In this document: in pieces, positions 11,229-25,242 of the stretch
How positions within the stretch are numbered: the stretch's first letter is position 1
Layout: each line of letters begins with the position of its first letter
Origin: Balamuthia mandrillaris
Taxonomy: Eukaryota
Direction of reading: 5' to 3'
DNA: 64,000 bases
Assembly (NCBI GenBank): GCA_031835245.2
Contig: JAVKOQ020000043.1
Coordinates: 62,001 to 126,000, forward strand
Program-made: the position numbers and the translations under genes
Notes under the pieces: generated by a model
What the model saw: only the letters and a program-made list of their open reading frames with translations
Database searches by the model: none
What the model was told of the DNA's origin: nothing

Positions 11229-12884
11229 ATGCCCGCCAGCTATGATATGAGAGCAGAAGGTAACCTACCCTCTCTCGTTTGTCTTTCTTCCCTCTCCTGC
11301 TCTTAAATAATTGTTAAAATAAATAAATTGGAAAGGGCTGGGCACTCTGGCCGTTCTGCCGGACCGCATCTTGGTCAAGATCTTCACCTGCCTGCTGAAG
11401 ACCGATGCCAAGCTGTTGCTCCCTCTCTCCCCCGTGAGCAAGGCCTTCTGCGCCTTTGTGGAGGAGGAGACCCTCTGGAAGGACCTCGTCATCCGGCGCT
11501 GCGCCGGGGACTTCACCTTCAAGGGCAGCTGGAAGCTCACCCACTTTCTCCCCAGGAACGTGTTTCCTCCGGAACCTCTGAAGCGCATCGACGTTCACGT
11601 ATGTTAACAACAACACAACAAGCTCCTGCGTTCGTTTGTTCTTTTGTTTTTTTTTTCTCGTTCTTCGTAACTTTTTTCTTGCCTTTTTTTATATTTATTT
11701 TCTGTTTTTCTGTTTTTTGTTTTTTTCTGTTTTTTTGTTTTTCGTTTTTTTTTTTGGGTTTTCTTTTAAATGTTTTAGTTTTTTTTATTTTTATTCGTTT
11801 ATTCATATTTATTGGTTTATTACTATGGCCGAACTCACTTTATTCATATATATATTTGTAAGGACCTCAACTCGGACTACTTGCAACGCAAGTGGAAGAT
11901 CAGCAACGCGCCTATAGGGGACTATGAGGCGCTGCCAGAGCTTTCGCCGGGAGAGGCTTCCTTCTTTCGTGTCGACAGACGCGCCAACCTTTCCCTCGAA
12001 GAGTTCGAGAGGGAGTACGCCGCCAAGAACCGGCCCGTCATCATCACGGATGCCATCCAGCATTGGCCGGCGTGGACTTCTTGGACCGAGAAAAACCTGT
12101 TAAAGAAGTTGGAAGGTTCTTTCTTCTCTCTTCTTTTTTTTCGCTTGCCTTGTTTGTCGCGGTAATTGATACAATGTGTACTCATGATACTGTTTCAATA
12201 GGAGTGAGCTGCAGAATGGACGAAGTGGGTCCTGATGGCACAAAGATTCACATGACCTTTTCAGACTACCTTCAATACGCCCACAACTATCATGATGATG
12301 ATCCTATCTACTATTTCGACCCTAATTTTGCTGATAAGACGCCTTCTCTTTTGGACGACTATGAGGTAAACCTCTCCTTCTATCCTTTCTTCTCTTCGTT
12401 CGTCTGATGTTCGTTATCACCTATTTCCTGTTTCTATTAGATACCAGAATATTTTGCAGATGATGCCTTCTCTCTTCTGGACCTGGACGACCGACCTTAC
12501 TTTCGTTGGATCGTAATTGGCCCCAAACGCAGCGGCTCGCCCTTTCATGTTGACCCATTCTTCACCAGTGCGTGGAATGCCCTCTTCAAAGGCACCAAAC
12601 GCTGGGCCTTATATCCTCCAGAAGCCATTCCACCCGGCGTAAAAGGTTATTGGGGAAAGAGAGGCAACTGGAAGACTATCAACCCTCCCGACCCGATGGA
12701 ATGGTACTTGTTCACCTATCCTGCAATCCAGGACACTCCGTTGCGTCCCATAGAGTGCATTCAACATCCTGGTGATCTTATTTTTATTCCTTCTGGGTGG
12801 TGGTATGTTCATTCATTTTTGTTGCCCCAATTACCAACAAACTACAAAACCCTTAACGCTCGCTGGTCTTCTTTATTCTCTCTC

Positions 12885-12918
<34 letters not shown>

Positions 12919-13273
12919 GCTCTCTTCCTTGTCCTTGATCTTACACAGGCACTTGGTGCTGAACATAGAAGATACACAAATCGCAGTAACCCAAAACTTT
13001 TGCAACCGTTTCAACTTCAAGAACGTCTATCGGGACATGCACAGCGACCAAGGTCTCTTAACTCTATTCACAGAGACGCTCCTGATGGAACGGCCAGACT
13101 TAATGCAGATGGTCAACATTCCTGATTTCTACTATGAGCGACTGAGAAAGAAGCGAAAGAAGGAAGAGAAGAAGCGGATCAAACAGTTGTTGAAACAACA
13201 AGGAGCGAATGGTAATGGCCATCAACCAAAGTTGCCATGTTTGGACTTATCCAACGTTTCTAGGGACAAGTAG
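11229..13273 (+). CDS. F-box + JmjC domain protein (JMJD6-like subfamily); multi-exon
   Basis: N-terminal GLGTLAVLPDRILVKIF...LWKDLV is F-box-like. JmjC motifs LSLEEFEREY..NRPVIITD, WIVIGPKRSGSPFHVDP, AWNAL..GTKRWALYPP, QHPGDLIFIPSGWW|HLVLN, IAVTQNF give the HxD...H Fe triad. Confidence 0.9.
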
Positions 13274-13502
13274 CTGATGTACTTCTGCTTATTTATAATA
13301 GTACTTTTTTTGTTTTTCTCTAGTACTCTTCTCTTCTCTCGTCTTCTCTCTTCGCTCTCTCTCTCGTTCCTCTCTCTCTCTCTCTCTTCCTCTCTTTCTG
13401 CAAACAAACATTGTTTTTGTTGGGTGAGCGAGAACGCTCTATTTATAAGTTTGCTTTCTTTTCTCTCTCTTCTCTCCATTTTGTTTTAACTTTGTTGTTG
13501 TC

Positions 13503-14312
13503 TTATGTTGTTGTCGTTCGATATTGTTGGTTGTTGTAGCTATCAACCTCCTCTTCTCCTTGATACTGCGGAGGTGAGGATGACATGGACGTGGACGGAA
13601 GTTTCCATTGAAGCTCGAAGGGTCCTTGTTTTTCGTAGGCTTTGCGCGGCCGCAACCCCTTATCCCTTCTTTGCTGCATCTGTCGCTGTCTTTCACGATC
13701 AAAAACTGTCATGGGCTCTGGTGCTTGCAGCTGTTCCTTCTGTTGTTGTTTTTGCTCCTCCTCTGCCTGTTGTTGAGGAGGAGGAGGAGAAGAATACAGT
13801 TGGGCTGACAGGTGAGGAGGTGGAGCTTGGAAATAAGGAGGCTGTGATTCGTCTCTTGTGGTGGTTGTTGTTGTGTGGTAGCCGTTATGCTGTGAGGGTA
13901 TGGTTGTGGTAGGATAGTCAGAGGAGTGGAAGAAAGGGGTGTCTTGAACGCCCTTCATCAGGGAGGGCGTGGAGGGGCCCATCTCTTCGGCTTTCACTTT
14001 GGGAGGTCTTGGAGCAGGCACGGCAAAGGAGGAGGTGGAAGAAGAGGGATGGGAAGGAGGGGTGGAAGGAGGCATGGGCGAAGAGGGGTCTGGGGAGGAA
14101 GAGAGCAGAGCAGAGGCGGCGTCAGGGTGGGAGGGATAAATAGAGGCGGAAGAAAGGCCAAACTCCTGCTCAAAGGAAGAGAGGCTGTCCTGGACGGAGC
14201 GGATGAACCGTGGCGAAAAGGAGGCCTTGCCTAGTCTTTGGTTTGAGGGAGAGGTCGACGACGTTGGGATATCGCTAGGGGCAGAGGAGGTATCTTGCGG
14301 CGGAGAACTCAT
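13503..14312 (-). CDS. Hypothetical S/P/Q-rich, probably disordered protein
   Basis: Single ~270-codon ORF with coding-like composition and no recognised domain; start uncertain. Confidence 0.5.
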   Translation of the reverse strand: MSSPPQDTSSAPSDIPTSSTSPSNQRLGKASFSPRFIRSVQDSLSSFEQEFGLSSASIYPSHPDAASALLSSSPDPSSPMPPSTPPSHPSSSTSSFAVPAPRPPKVKAEEMGPSTPSLMKGVQDTPFFHSSDYPTTTIPSQHNGYHTTTTTTRDESQPPYFQAPPPHLSAQLYSSPPPPQQQAEEEQKQQQKEQLQAPEPMTVFDRERQRQMQQRRDKGLRPRKAYEKQGPFELQWKLPSTSMSSSPPQYQGEEEVDSYNNQQYRTTTT

Positions 14313-14468
14313 GGTCCTCTGTGGGCTAAACACATCGTTCCCGTTCACGTGCAGCGCAATGTCTAACAACGGTGCGTTCCTGCTATGGGCGGTGTTGGTG
14401 TTGGTGTTGGTGTGTGTGTGTGTTTGTCGTTGTCTGTTTTTCTTATGTTATGCTTTTATTTTGCTGAG

Positions 14469-14501
<33 letters not shown>

Positions 14502-14868
14502 GCTGGCCAGTTATGGCGATGGCGAAATGCAAGGGGGAGCAGATCAACGATGCGCCGCCCAATTGGAAAGCCTGTCCTTAAATGCGTCATCTGCGGGAAA
14601 TGTCTATAACGCGGCCTTTCTCACTTTCTTAGGAAACGCATGGATTTGAGTTAAATTTCCCAAAAATGTCCGTTAGACGCAACCAACGATCAACCTGGCG
14701 TGACGCTACCTGTTTTTTGTAGTGGTGAACCGTTCCGCGAGAATTCTTCCACACCATGAGGGTGCGCCCAAATCGAGCAGCAAAACTGAAGAAGGTGAGC
14801 AAGGATGCACCACTATCTCCGATTTAAATTACTCTAAATTAATTTCCAGGAAATTTTTCAAAAAATGA

Positions 14869-15290
14869 ATGAAAGAAATAAGAGTAACATTTTTGAAGGC
14901 GGCGAGTGTTGCCCGTATGGAGAACTACACCAGCACTGCCGCCGGCGGCGGAGGTTCGTGCGGCCCCTCCAACTATGACACTCCATTTGAAGAAACGGAG
15001 CAACAAAGTCCGAGCGACGAGGACGGGGTCGCTGAGGCTGAGGCCGAGGAAACGCGGCACCATTATGCGGCTATAGAGGCGTGCTGCTATTTTGTGGAGC
15101 ATGAAGAAAGGGAAGAAGAGCCGCTCGTTTCTTCTTGCCGTGGTCTGGTCTATGAGGAAGAAGAGGCAGCGCTTGGTATGAATGTAAGAGGCAAAGGTTC
15201 CATTAGTTCCATGGAAGAACTTCGGTTCTTTGGTAAAGCTATTCATTCCATTTTTTTCAAATATTTATTTGTTCTTATTCTTTCTTGTCG

Positions 15291-15321
<31 letters not shown>

Positions 15322-16079
15322 TTCTCAAAACAAAAAGGAGGGTACAATAGCCCAGATCTATCTTATGGTCGTTATGCCTCTCCACGAGAGAAACGCACAA
15401 ATAGGACGACGCCAAAACGTAAGGAAAAGAAGGACAAGGAGATGACCACAAAGCACCGGTACAGTGCCCATTCTCCTTCGTATGCTGACTCCAGAACTGC
15501 AGCTTCTTCGTCGTCTGCTTCTTCTTCGTCCGATGATGACGATTCCTTTTTCTCTTTTTGTGGAGAAGAAGACAAAGAGAAAAAGGAACGTTTACTTTCG
15601 CCAACGACTAAAACTCAGAGGAGCCGCCGAACCAAACGAAGCAAAAGCGACTTGGCAAAGTTGGAACGTTTGTTCGACAAGTCTTCTCCTCATTGGAACG
15701 AATTGCTTCAAAACGCACTCGACCATCATCTTGCTTCTGCTCCTATTCAGAAAGACGATGAAAGTTCAACAACTATTTCAAGAATGGAGCGATTGAGTCG
15801 AGCTCTTCGTTTGGATGTGGTGCAGAGACGGTTTGAAGATTGTGTGAGACAATACGTTCGCGTGATCGTGGAAGAGACGTTGCATGACACTCCGCCCGAG
15901 AAAAGAATTATTCCTCCGTTGTCTTCTCAGCTGGGCATTGGTTTGTTTTGCTTCTTGCTTCTCCCTCTCTCTCTCTCTTCTTGAATTTCTCACTTTGTCA
16001 TCATTCACAGCTGGCGGCTTAAAGTTTTTGTGGAAGAATGTGTTCATTAAGTTTTCAAAAGACGAACATGGTGTCTCTT

Positions 16080-16117
<38 letters not shown>

Positions 16118-19100
16118 CGCGCGCGCGCCAAGAGCGAAACTGACGAAATGGTAACGCAAAAGGAATATATGGCGGAGATGAGTTCAGCTCGAAAGCTACA
16201 GCATTGGAACTCAATCATCTTCGTAGTATTTTGCTCCAACATGTGCCTAATATCAATGTGCCACTGATGACGGTGCTTGATTACTTTGTTCGTTTCTTCC
16301 TCATCTCCTCCTTCATCTTTTTCTTCATCAACTTTTAACGGGGCAATGACTGAGTAGGGCTTTCGTCTTATTTGCTTGTCACTACTGCCTGTTAGTGATG
16401 AAACTTTGGTCTATGGCTCCGCTGATGGTGGCATCAACATTATTGGTGGCCGTGATCCTAACGGTTCTCTCTCTATGAACCTCTTTCTCATCTTGATATG
16501 GACTTCTTACTCTCTTGCTGTTTGAAAAGGACGAGTAAGAGGAGATGGAGTGGTTTGTACGAAAATTGAAGAGTTGGCTAGAAAGCTGAATCTCAAACCG
16601 CATAGCTGTGGGCAAGGAGGAAGCAGAGCCATACTTTGTCTGCCTGCGGATGTTGAATGCCATGTAGGTTTTGATGGGCGTATCTATTGCCTTGGTCAGT
16701 GCTTCTTCTTATCCTTCTTCTCTTTCTCATTGTGTACCAACACCTCATAACAACGATAGATCTTGCCCGATTGATGCCTCCAGAATATCCACAGTCACGG
16801 ATTCCTGTTGTACTCCTCAAAGCTGACAGCAATACAGGTTATTCTTTCTTCTCTCCTTGCATCCTTTCGCATTGTTGATTCTTACTGGGAGAAAAAAACA
16901 GGAATTTTAGAGTGTGCTATAAGGAAGAGGGATTGGGAAAAAGAACTGGCAAAGCTTTTGTTGGTGGGTAGCCCCGATGAGCTGCATGCCATTGAATGGA
17001 ATGGCGTCAAATGCTTTCACATCAACGGAAGAACCGCCCACAAACACGATATGATGCTGAACAGCCGTGCCACCGCAATGCTTGGCACCACTATCCACGG
17101 AGACGTTATCTTTATCAAAGGGTAAGATACGCTCTTTCTCTCCCTTTTCTATGCTCTTTATTTTTTCTCCCTGCTTTCTAACCGCTTTCAAAAGGACGCG
17201 AGGCCACTTGTTTTATAACTTGTTGCGACCGAACCACGTCGCTTCCAATCCTCACCCACTCTCGTACGATATTCATCCTCCCCTTCTCCTTCTCCTTCTT
17301 CTCACTCTTCTATGCAGGCCAGATGCATGCAGTGGCTTTGAAAGCAACTCATCCCAAAAGGAAGGTAACATCGCTGAAGTTCGGGCCGCCACTCATCGCC
17401 TCCAATTCCAGGTCCTTCCAACATTGGTTGAGGACATTGCCAAGGGTCTTGTTCTGGTAGACAACGAAGCTCAGCTCTCTCCCTTGCTTCATCAACAAGG
17501 AGTGAACATGCGATACCTGGGTTTGTTGTTGGCTCTTCTCCTGTCCAAAGAGAAGGAGAGTCGTAGCAACCCGGCTGTTGCCGCTGCCTCTTCCATCGTT
17601 CTCACCGAAATGATATCTCGCGTCGCGAAAGTATTATTTTTTTTCCTGTTCTCTTTCTTGTTCTGTATCAAGTTTGAGCTAACGGATTGTTGTTTGATAG
17701 AACGAGCTGAGAGAAATACTTCGTTCCGTGGATCTGAAGAAAGGAATGGAAAAAGCCCAACAGGCAATCGTTTCATACTTCAACATGATACTTGGCGAGG
17801 AGGGCTCTCGCTCTGAGGTTTGGTGGAAGACTCAAGGTTATCTTTTTCTCCTTCTCCTTAAAAGTTTGTCCTTTCACTTAGAGTTTTCTTATCTACCAAC
17901 TTTAGTTAAAGTGCAAGCTATGTTGAAATATGGTTACTATGGCTTTAGCTTCACTCCCGATATCACAGCTGCTCACTTTGATCTGCGTCAGAAGATATCT
18001 AAACTACATCTTTTCCAAAGCTTACAAGTACTCCATGCTCCTCTTTCTTCTTTCTTTTCTGTCGGTCTCATTTCTCTCTTTGTTTGAAAGAGAAATACTG
18101 GAGTTAAGTTCAACCTAGATACCCAACTTCGATCTATTATTCATGTGGACTTCTTCGAGAATGACAACGGCTATAGAGCCCCTTTTACCATCAACGACTT
18201 TGAAGAAGTGCAAGTGAGAAGCTACAGAATACAAACAGACGAAGATCTCATTGAACACATCAAAGCAGTGACGGAAGAGTACCAAAGCAATTCAAAAGAA
18301 GAGAAACGAAAACAAGAGCGAAGGACTCAAGAAAAAATTGCTTTTCTTCTACAAAGAATCCTTCATTCAAGAACAATCGGAAGGGAAGAAGACCACAAAG
18401 CAGAGCAAGAAGAGTGCAACATTGACGTCATGCTGAAAGACTTCATGCAAAATGAAGAGGAACAATGGGAAGTAAATAATAAGGAGAAATCGTTAACCTT
18501 GAAGAGAGATGACGCTTCGCTTTGCTGCGAATTAGCAGCGACTTACATCTCTCTTGTTCGTATCTACGATGCTACGTTCAACTCCGCTTCAACGGGCGAT
18601 AACGAGGACAAAGTTACCATGGTGGAACGTATGAACCATTTCGTGGAAGCGATATGGCTTCTGTTGAATGCTTTGGGAGAGAATTGTCCCATTGAACTTC
18701 TTGTGGAAGCTCATTATGTTGCTGGTTTAACTCGCTTTCGGTAGATCTTCACTTTCTTCCTCATTCCTTTATCGTTCCTCTTGCTTTAACTATTTCTATT
18801 TTGGCTTTTTGTAAAAACAGAGAAAACAACCTGGATAAAGCTAGAGAACACTTTTGGCTTGCTCTCAAAGGAATGGAACTGAGAGGAGGTGGTGAATTAC
18901 TGACTACCGCCAATCCAGGCCATCCCTTCGTGCTCTTACTATGCAACCATCTGTTGGCACTGTCTCTAGCCAATGGGGACCTTGCATTCGTTTCGCCATC
19001 TCAACTACAAGAACAACAAAGCAGCTCTCAAGAAGAAGGAGAAGACAAACCAACAACTTTACAAGTGATGAACGAAGAACAAGCGGCTTGTTTGCTTCGC

Positions 19101-22100
19101 TATTCTGAAATCTTTTTCCACGTGTGGCATCGTTTTCCATTTCCCGGAGACGCTGCTCATCGTTGCGATGTCTTTGGCCATGAACTTCCGTTACCGTTTC
19201 TACTTTTGCTTCACCATCCGTTAGGCCCTCTCTCTCTCTCTCTCTCTCTCTCTCCCCTTTTTTTATTTCTTTCTAACGTTGAATGTATTGAAGAATGATA
19301 CAACTGCAACGCAACGAAATAAAGTTAACAGACGCGGTTTCGCCTTTAGACAAACAACTTCTCAAAGCGTGGAAGCAATCTACTCATCTTTCTTATCAAC
19401 ACGCATGTTCAACCTTAAAGCTCCCAACCTCGGTGTTGTCAGCAGATGATGCTGGATCCTTTGAATTTAAACTTAAAACGAATGGCTCCGATGAATTTTC
19501 ATCTCCTTCAACCAGGAGAAGAAAACTTACTTTATATGCTTGGGGTTGTTCTCATTATGGTTTGGATTTTCTTGCTTCTTCTTCTTCTTCCTCTTCAGTT
19601 TGTCTGCTTCTTCACTCTTTCTTCTTTGGTCCTTTATAATATTCAATAACAACTTTAAAAAGGTCAATGCGGAATGTTGCATGTAACAACAGCATCAATA
19701 CCGCAAGCGGTCGATACTTTACAAGCACCAACCTTACCTTTACGTCACATTAAGCAGTTGTGTTGTTCTTCACGTGGATCCTATGCTCTCACCGGTGCGT
19801 GCTATCATTCTTTTCCTTCCTCTTCTTTTCTGTTTATTCACTCTTCTCTTTGTTGGTCTGATAACTAGAAATGGGTGAAGTTTTCAAGTGGGGAGAAGGC
19901 ATAGCGCAGCCTACGAATCTTGAGCTTCAAAATATCATTCAGATGGATTGTGGCTCCGAACATTGCATAGCCCTTAATAGTACGTTCTTTTCTTGTATTT
20001 GTGGTCGTTCTTCTGCTTCTTCTTCTTGTTCTTGTTCTTGTTCTTCTTCTCCTTCTTCTTCTTGTTCTTGTTCTTGTTCTTCTTCCTCTTCTTCATCTCC
20101 TTCTTCTTCTTGTTCTTCTTCTGCTTCTTCTTCCTCTTCTTCATCTTATTTTTTTTGTTGGTGTGTGTTGGTCTCTTCTTCTTCATCTTATATTTGTTCT
20201 CTTCTTCTTCTTCTTCTTCTTCTTCTTCTGTCTTCCATTCCCTTTCAATCTACGAGTTTTTATTATTGGCTTATCCTTGTTATTCGCTTTTTAGATGAAG
20301 GAGAAGTATTTACATGGGGTAGCAGTGAGAATGGACGATTAGGCCATTGCTTTGCCCCGAGCAGCTCCAACAATAACTCTTCTTCAACATTTATAGACAC
20401 ACCAACCAAAGTGGGAGCTCTTTCTGGCATTCCAGTAGTGGCGGTTGCTGCTGGCGGCATGCGTCATGGTCCCGGAAGGCATAGTATTTATGGGGGTACG
20501 TAGAGAACTTGTCTTGTTCTTATTCGCTTTTGTTTTACTCTTTGTTTCTGCTTTCCTTTATGCAACAAAGGAGGTCACAGTTTGGCTCTAAGTGCTGACG
20601 GAAATGTTTACGGATGGGGTTATGCGGCCAGAGTAGGCACAGCCCCACCGCAGGACACGGATGTGCCACAGCTTATCACTGCCTTAGAAAATAAAGAGGT
20701 GGTTAGCATTTGTTGTGGTGGAAGCCATTCTTTGGCACTCACCCGTACGTGCCTCTTCTCTCTTCTCTCTTCTCTATCTGTCATAGTTTCTAATGGAGAC
20801 ACAATCAATGCAATAGGTTCGGGATTGGTGTATTCATGGGGAACCGATAACCTTGTATAATCCTCTTTACTTTTTTTTTTTGTGTTCGTTTTTCTTTGTG
20901 CAACTGACGCTATATCATCATTGTCATAAACAACAAGGGTCGTGCAAGAATGGGGCAGTTAGGTTTTGGCAACGGAGAGGCAGCCAAGGAACCTACCTTG
21001 GTGGAAGCCTTAGCAGGTAAAAAAGTGGCTAAAGTGGCTGCAGGCATCTGGAGTTCTTACGCCATCACCGGTTTGTACTATTACTCTTCCCTTCCTCCTT
21101 CCCTTCTTGCTTTATTCTTCACGTTTAACACGAGAACAACAGAGGATGGTGAAGTATTTGGATGGGGAAGCAAAGAAGACTTGGGACTAGGCCCACTTCG
21201 TGGGCCTTGCTTCCGCCCACGTCTGTTAACCTCTCTGCTTGGTAAACCTATAGAGCGGATCCTCTGTGGCGACCACTTCGCTGTTGCTCTTCTAAGTACA
21301 GTTACATCCTTCCTTTCTCTCCTCCTCTTCTTCACTTCTCTTTTATTGAGAATGTGCCTATATTGCAGAAGATGGGAAGTTGTTATCGTGGGGAGAAAAC
21401 TTCAACGGCCAAATAGGAAAGGGAACGATCGATGCTCGTCAACCTCTTCCTTTTCTGATAGCTGCACTTTATAGCAAAAGAGTACTCCATATGGCTTGTG
21501 GCGAAAGGCATTGCATTTGTATTGCAGGTTACTCCCCTTCCTTCTTTCGTTGATACTCTATTTTCACATTCACTTCAGAGAGCGAGGAAGAGCTAGAGGA
21601 GTGCAATGCCATTTCCGCAACGAACATGAGTGAAAAGGAAAAAGAACAAGAACCGAACGGAGAACTGGGGGAGGTTGAAGAACAGGGCACATCGACGGAC
21701 CATCAATATCGTCAACGAGCTGAAATGGAGCAGCGTTACTTGGCTCGCGGAGTGAACATGTATGCTTCGACTTCATATGCTGTCTCCACCGTTCAAGTCT
21801 ACGATGAAAACCCGCTGCAAGACACTGCGACCGAAGAGGAGGAAGAAGCAGAAGAGAACCCAAAGCCTCGGTCAAATTCTCGAAAAGGCCAAGTGTAAGT
21901 CTTTCTTTTTATTATCTTCTTCTTGTGAAGTTGTTAGAGTTCTTCTCCTTCTGCTTCTTCGTCGTCTGCTTGCTTCTTGTTCCTCTTCTGTCTTCTTGCC
22001 GTGATGGTAAGGACTAAAAATGAGGAGTTACAGGTATGGATGGGGCTACAATTCAAACGGTGAATGTGGAACAGGTGATGTTGAAACATGTTTATCGCCA

Positions 22101-23694
22101 ACATTGATACAATCGCTATGCCACGTCCACGTTAACAAAATCGTCACCAACATGTGCTCTGTCTTTGCTCTCTCAGGTTTCTTCCTCTTCTTCTTCTACT
22201 GCTTCCTCTTTCCATCTTACATCATACATAAACTTAAAACAAACGCAGATGAAGGGGAGCTTTGGGTGTGGGGCGGCAACGAAGCAGCTTTAGCAGGGCT
22301 AGGTTTCGCTGACAGTTGCAGTCGTGGCACACCAAGACAACTTCGCTTCTGGTCCGACCCAACCTCGTCCTCTCCTCTTCCAATTAGAGACGTTGCTGCT
22401 GGGACTTGCACAGTCTTTGTGCGAACGGGTGACGGAAAGGTATATAGCTGGGGACGAGCGGCTGATGGTTCTTTGCACAAAGAACCTGTGTTATTGAAGC
22501 AACTCTCGGAGGTAGCGTCCATTTCGTTCATGACTTGTGCAGACTCTCTTGGAGTGTTTGTGATTGGTAAAGTTGCCCTCTGCCTTGCTTCTTCCTTCTC
22601 CTATATACAAGGCCTAATATTACGACGAATGCGAAGAGGGAAGAGTGTATATATTGGGGAGTCTGAACATGTGGCCACAAACAAGATTTCTGCAACCTAC
22701 TGAAGTGCAGAGCATGGCACACAAGACGGTCATTTCGGTATATGTGGTCGGCAGAGTGGCCAGCATGGGCACTGCCTCCGCCGGCCATTTGCTTGTGTTA
22801 ACAGGTATCTTCCTGTGTCTCTTTTCATTTTGTATTTATTTATTTTAACATGCTATGTCTTTGTTGCTTGCATAGCGGATGGGGAAGTTTGGATGGTCAA
22901 CGAGAACCTTCAAGCATCGCAAGTGCAAGAGTTGGCCGGTCGAAAAACTGTACAAATAGTAGCCGCATTCGACAGTAATTACTCTTTTGCATTGGCCTTG
23001 CAAGGCACGTACTTCATATATTTTGTTCTCGTTTTTTGTTTTTGTTTAGAACAACGAACTCATGCATGTGTGCGTGTGCAACCACTTAAACTGTAACAGA
23101 AAATGGAAAAGTGTTCAGTTGGGGCTCAAACGCAAAAGGCCAACTTGGAATTTATCGGTCGGAGAGTGAACAACAGCAGCAGGCACCGCATTCAGCTGCC
23201 TTTGTGGAGGTTGTGACGCTAGCTAACAAAGGCATTATTTTCATCGCTTGTGGAACTTCTCATGCTGTTGCTCTCTCTGGTTATTATCTTTTTCTCTCTC
23301 TTTCTCTCTTCTCTTTGTGATGCTGATGGCAGCCACTTTTTTTTCTTCGTGCTTGATTATTTGCTTCTTTTTGTGCAACTTAGAAACTGGGGCTGTTTAT
23401 ACTTGGGGAAACGGCGGAGAGGGCCTCGTTGGGTATTTTATTTTATTTTTCTCCTTTTCCTTCTTTCTTTCTTGCTTTCACTTCAACTTACTTCTTCGTG
23501 TGCTTTTTTTTTTTTGAAAAAACAAAAGACGCGGTGCACTGGGCCACGGGCAAGTGCAGAACGAATGGCAACCGCGGCTGGTGGAAGCTCTACGGCACAC
23601 GTTCATTCGTAGCGTGGCCGCTTCTGCCAACCACACCTTTGCAGTGACGGCACCCTCCGCTTTTGTCACTCGCCTCTGCTCCTTGCAGGACTAA
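14869..23694 (+). CDS. Large Clu (CLU-central/eIF3 p135-like) domain protein with C-terminal RCC1 repeats; many exons
   Basis: Clu motifs GGLKFLWKNVFIKFSKDEHG, PLMTVLDY..GFRLICLSLLP, LVYGSADGG, LNLKPH, DVECHVGFDGRIYCLDLARLMPPE, LHQQGVNMRYLG, EMISRVAK. Many RCC1 repeats (GEVFTWGSSENGRLG, CCGGSHSLAL, VFSWGSNAKGQLG, IACGTSHAVAL). Last exon ends ...LCSLQD TAA at 23692-23694. Start may be 14869 or 14917. Confidence 0.8.
20010..20232. repeat. Intronic (TCT)/(TGTTCT) low-complexity microsatellite
   Basis: Degenerate TCT/TGT triplet array inside an intron of the Clu-RCC1 gene. Confidence 0.85.
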
Positions 23695-23961
23695 ATTCGT
23701 TGCCGAAGAGGCAAAAAAATTTTCCTAATGCGATATGTCGACAATAATTTATTTCCTTTTAAACTCCTGTGTGATGTCATAATTTCTTTTTAAAACAAGG
23801 GCTGACGTAAGTTTATAAAATGGGAGTAGCAAAAAAGAAGAAGAGGGAAGAAAGAGAGCCAACTTTTCGTAATGTCTCTTGCCTTGGGGATGATGAGAGA
23901 GAGCTTTACAATAAATAAATAAAACACATACACGCCGGTTGTGTTCGCTGCTACAAATAAC

Positions 23962-25242
23962 ATGGAGACAAAGGAAGAAGAGTTGGGAATTGGGGCTCGC
24001 AAGAAGAGAAGCCGAGAGGAGGCATTGGCTGGTGCTGCTGACCCACCAGAAAGCGGACAGCATGCTCACGATGAAGAGTTTTGGCGCAAGCTGCAACGTC
24101 AGCTGCCAGAGGAGGTGAGGCGGTTGAGCAAAGAGGAACAGCTTCGCTACTTTCACAAGCTCGTGCGTCAATTCGCAAAGCAGCAAAAGCTGGACGAGCA
24201 AAAACAAGAAGAAGCCAAGCGCCTTCACCAAGACTACAAAACATTCATACAGCAAAACTACCAACCTCTTCACCCTGACATCTACGACCTCTCTACGTGG
24301 GGAATTCACCCTTCTCTCAAACGCCTCTTCTCAGAGGGAGAAGAAAGCAACGCCTCTCCCACTGCAGAACAAATTCTCTCGTTGCTCACACCTGTCTCAC
24401 CATCCACTCCTCAGGAGGAACAAGCAAAAGAAGAAGAAAGAGGAAAAGGAGGTGATGAAACAGCACTTCGAGTTGATTCTCCTTGGTTGTACACGCTGGA
24501 AATGTTTGAGGGATGGTGGACTGAACGTCTCCTGGAAGAGCTGCAACACTTTGAGAGTTGGTGCCAAAGCAAAGACCTCTCTCCTCCTCGCCCCAACAGC
24601 ATGAACCGTTATGGCGTTATCCTGGATGACCTCTCCTTCACCACAACGCCAGCTGCTCCAAGTGACTCTCAAATCAAAGGCAAAGAGAGCCTCAGCCTTC
24701 GCCTCTACGATACTCTCCAACAGTTTATCCAACAATACATCAACCCACTGGTGGCTGTGGTGTACCCTCACATCGGTGCCTCATTGGACAGCCACCACAG
24801 CTTCGTGGTGGAGTATGCCATGGGCAAGGATGAGCGGTTGGACCACCATGTGGATAGTGCGGATGTCACGCTGAACGTTTGTCTGGGAAGGCGGTTTGAG
24901 GGAGGAGAGTTGGTGTTCAGAGGCGTTCGCTGCTGCCGGCACCTTAACACTGCCGTTTCTACCAACGAGACGGTTGTGTTGCAACATTCTGTTGGAAGAG
25001 GTTCGTTGTTTGCCTTTCGGTCCTTTCTTTCTGTCTTTGCTTTCCCGGTTTGCTAACTGTTCCGTTGGTTGTTTCTATCATCACCAGGCATATTGCATTT
25101 GGGCAAACACAGACATCTGGCGAGAGCGATACGCAGCGGGGAGAGAACAAACCTGATACTGTGGTGCCGGTCCTCCTCCTTTGGCAACCAGTGTGGTTGC
25201 GACGGAACTTGTCCCAATTGGTGTGGGGCAAACTACTTGTAG
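23962..25242 (+). CDS. 2-oxoglutarate/Fe(II)-dependent oxygenase (OGFOD2 / plant CP2-ICU11-like); 2 exons
   Basis: RPNSMNRYGVILDD and LDSHHSFVVEY..GKDERLDHHVDSADVTLNVCLGRRFEGGELVF; after the intron, GILHLGKHRHLARAIRSGERTNLILWCRS (HxD...H plus 2OG-binding R). TAG at 25240-25242. Confidence 0.88.
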
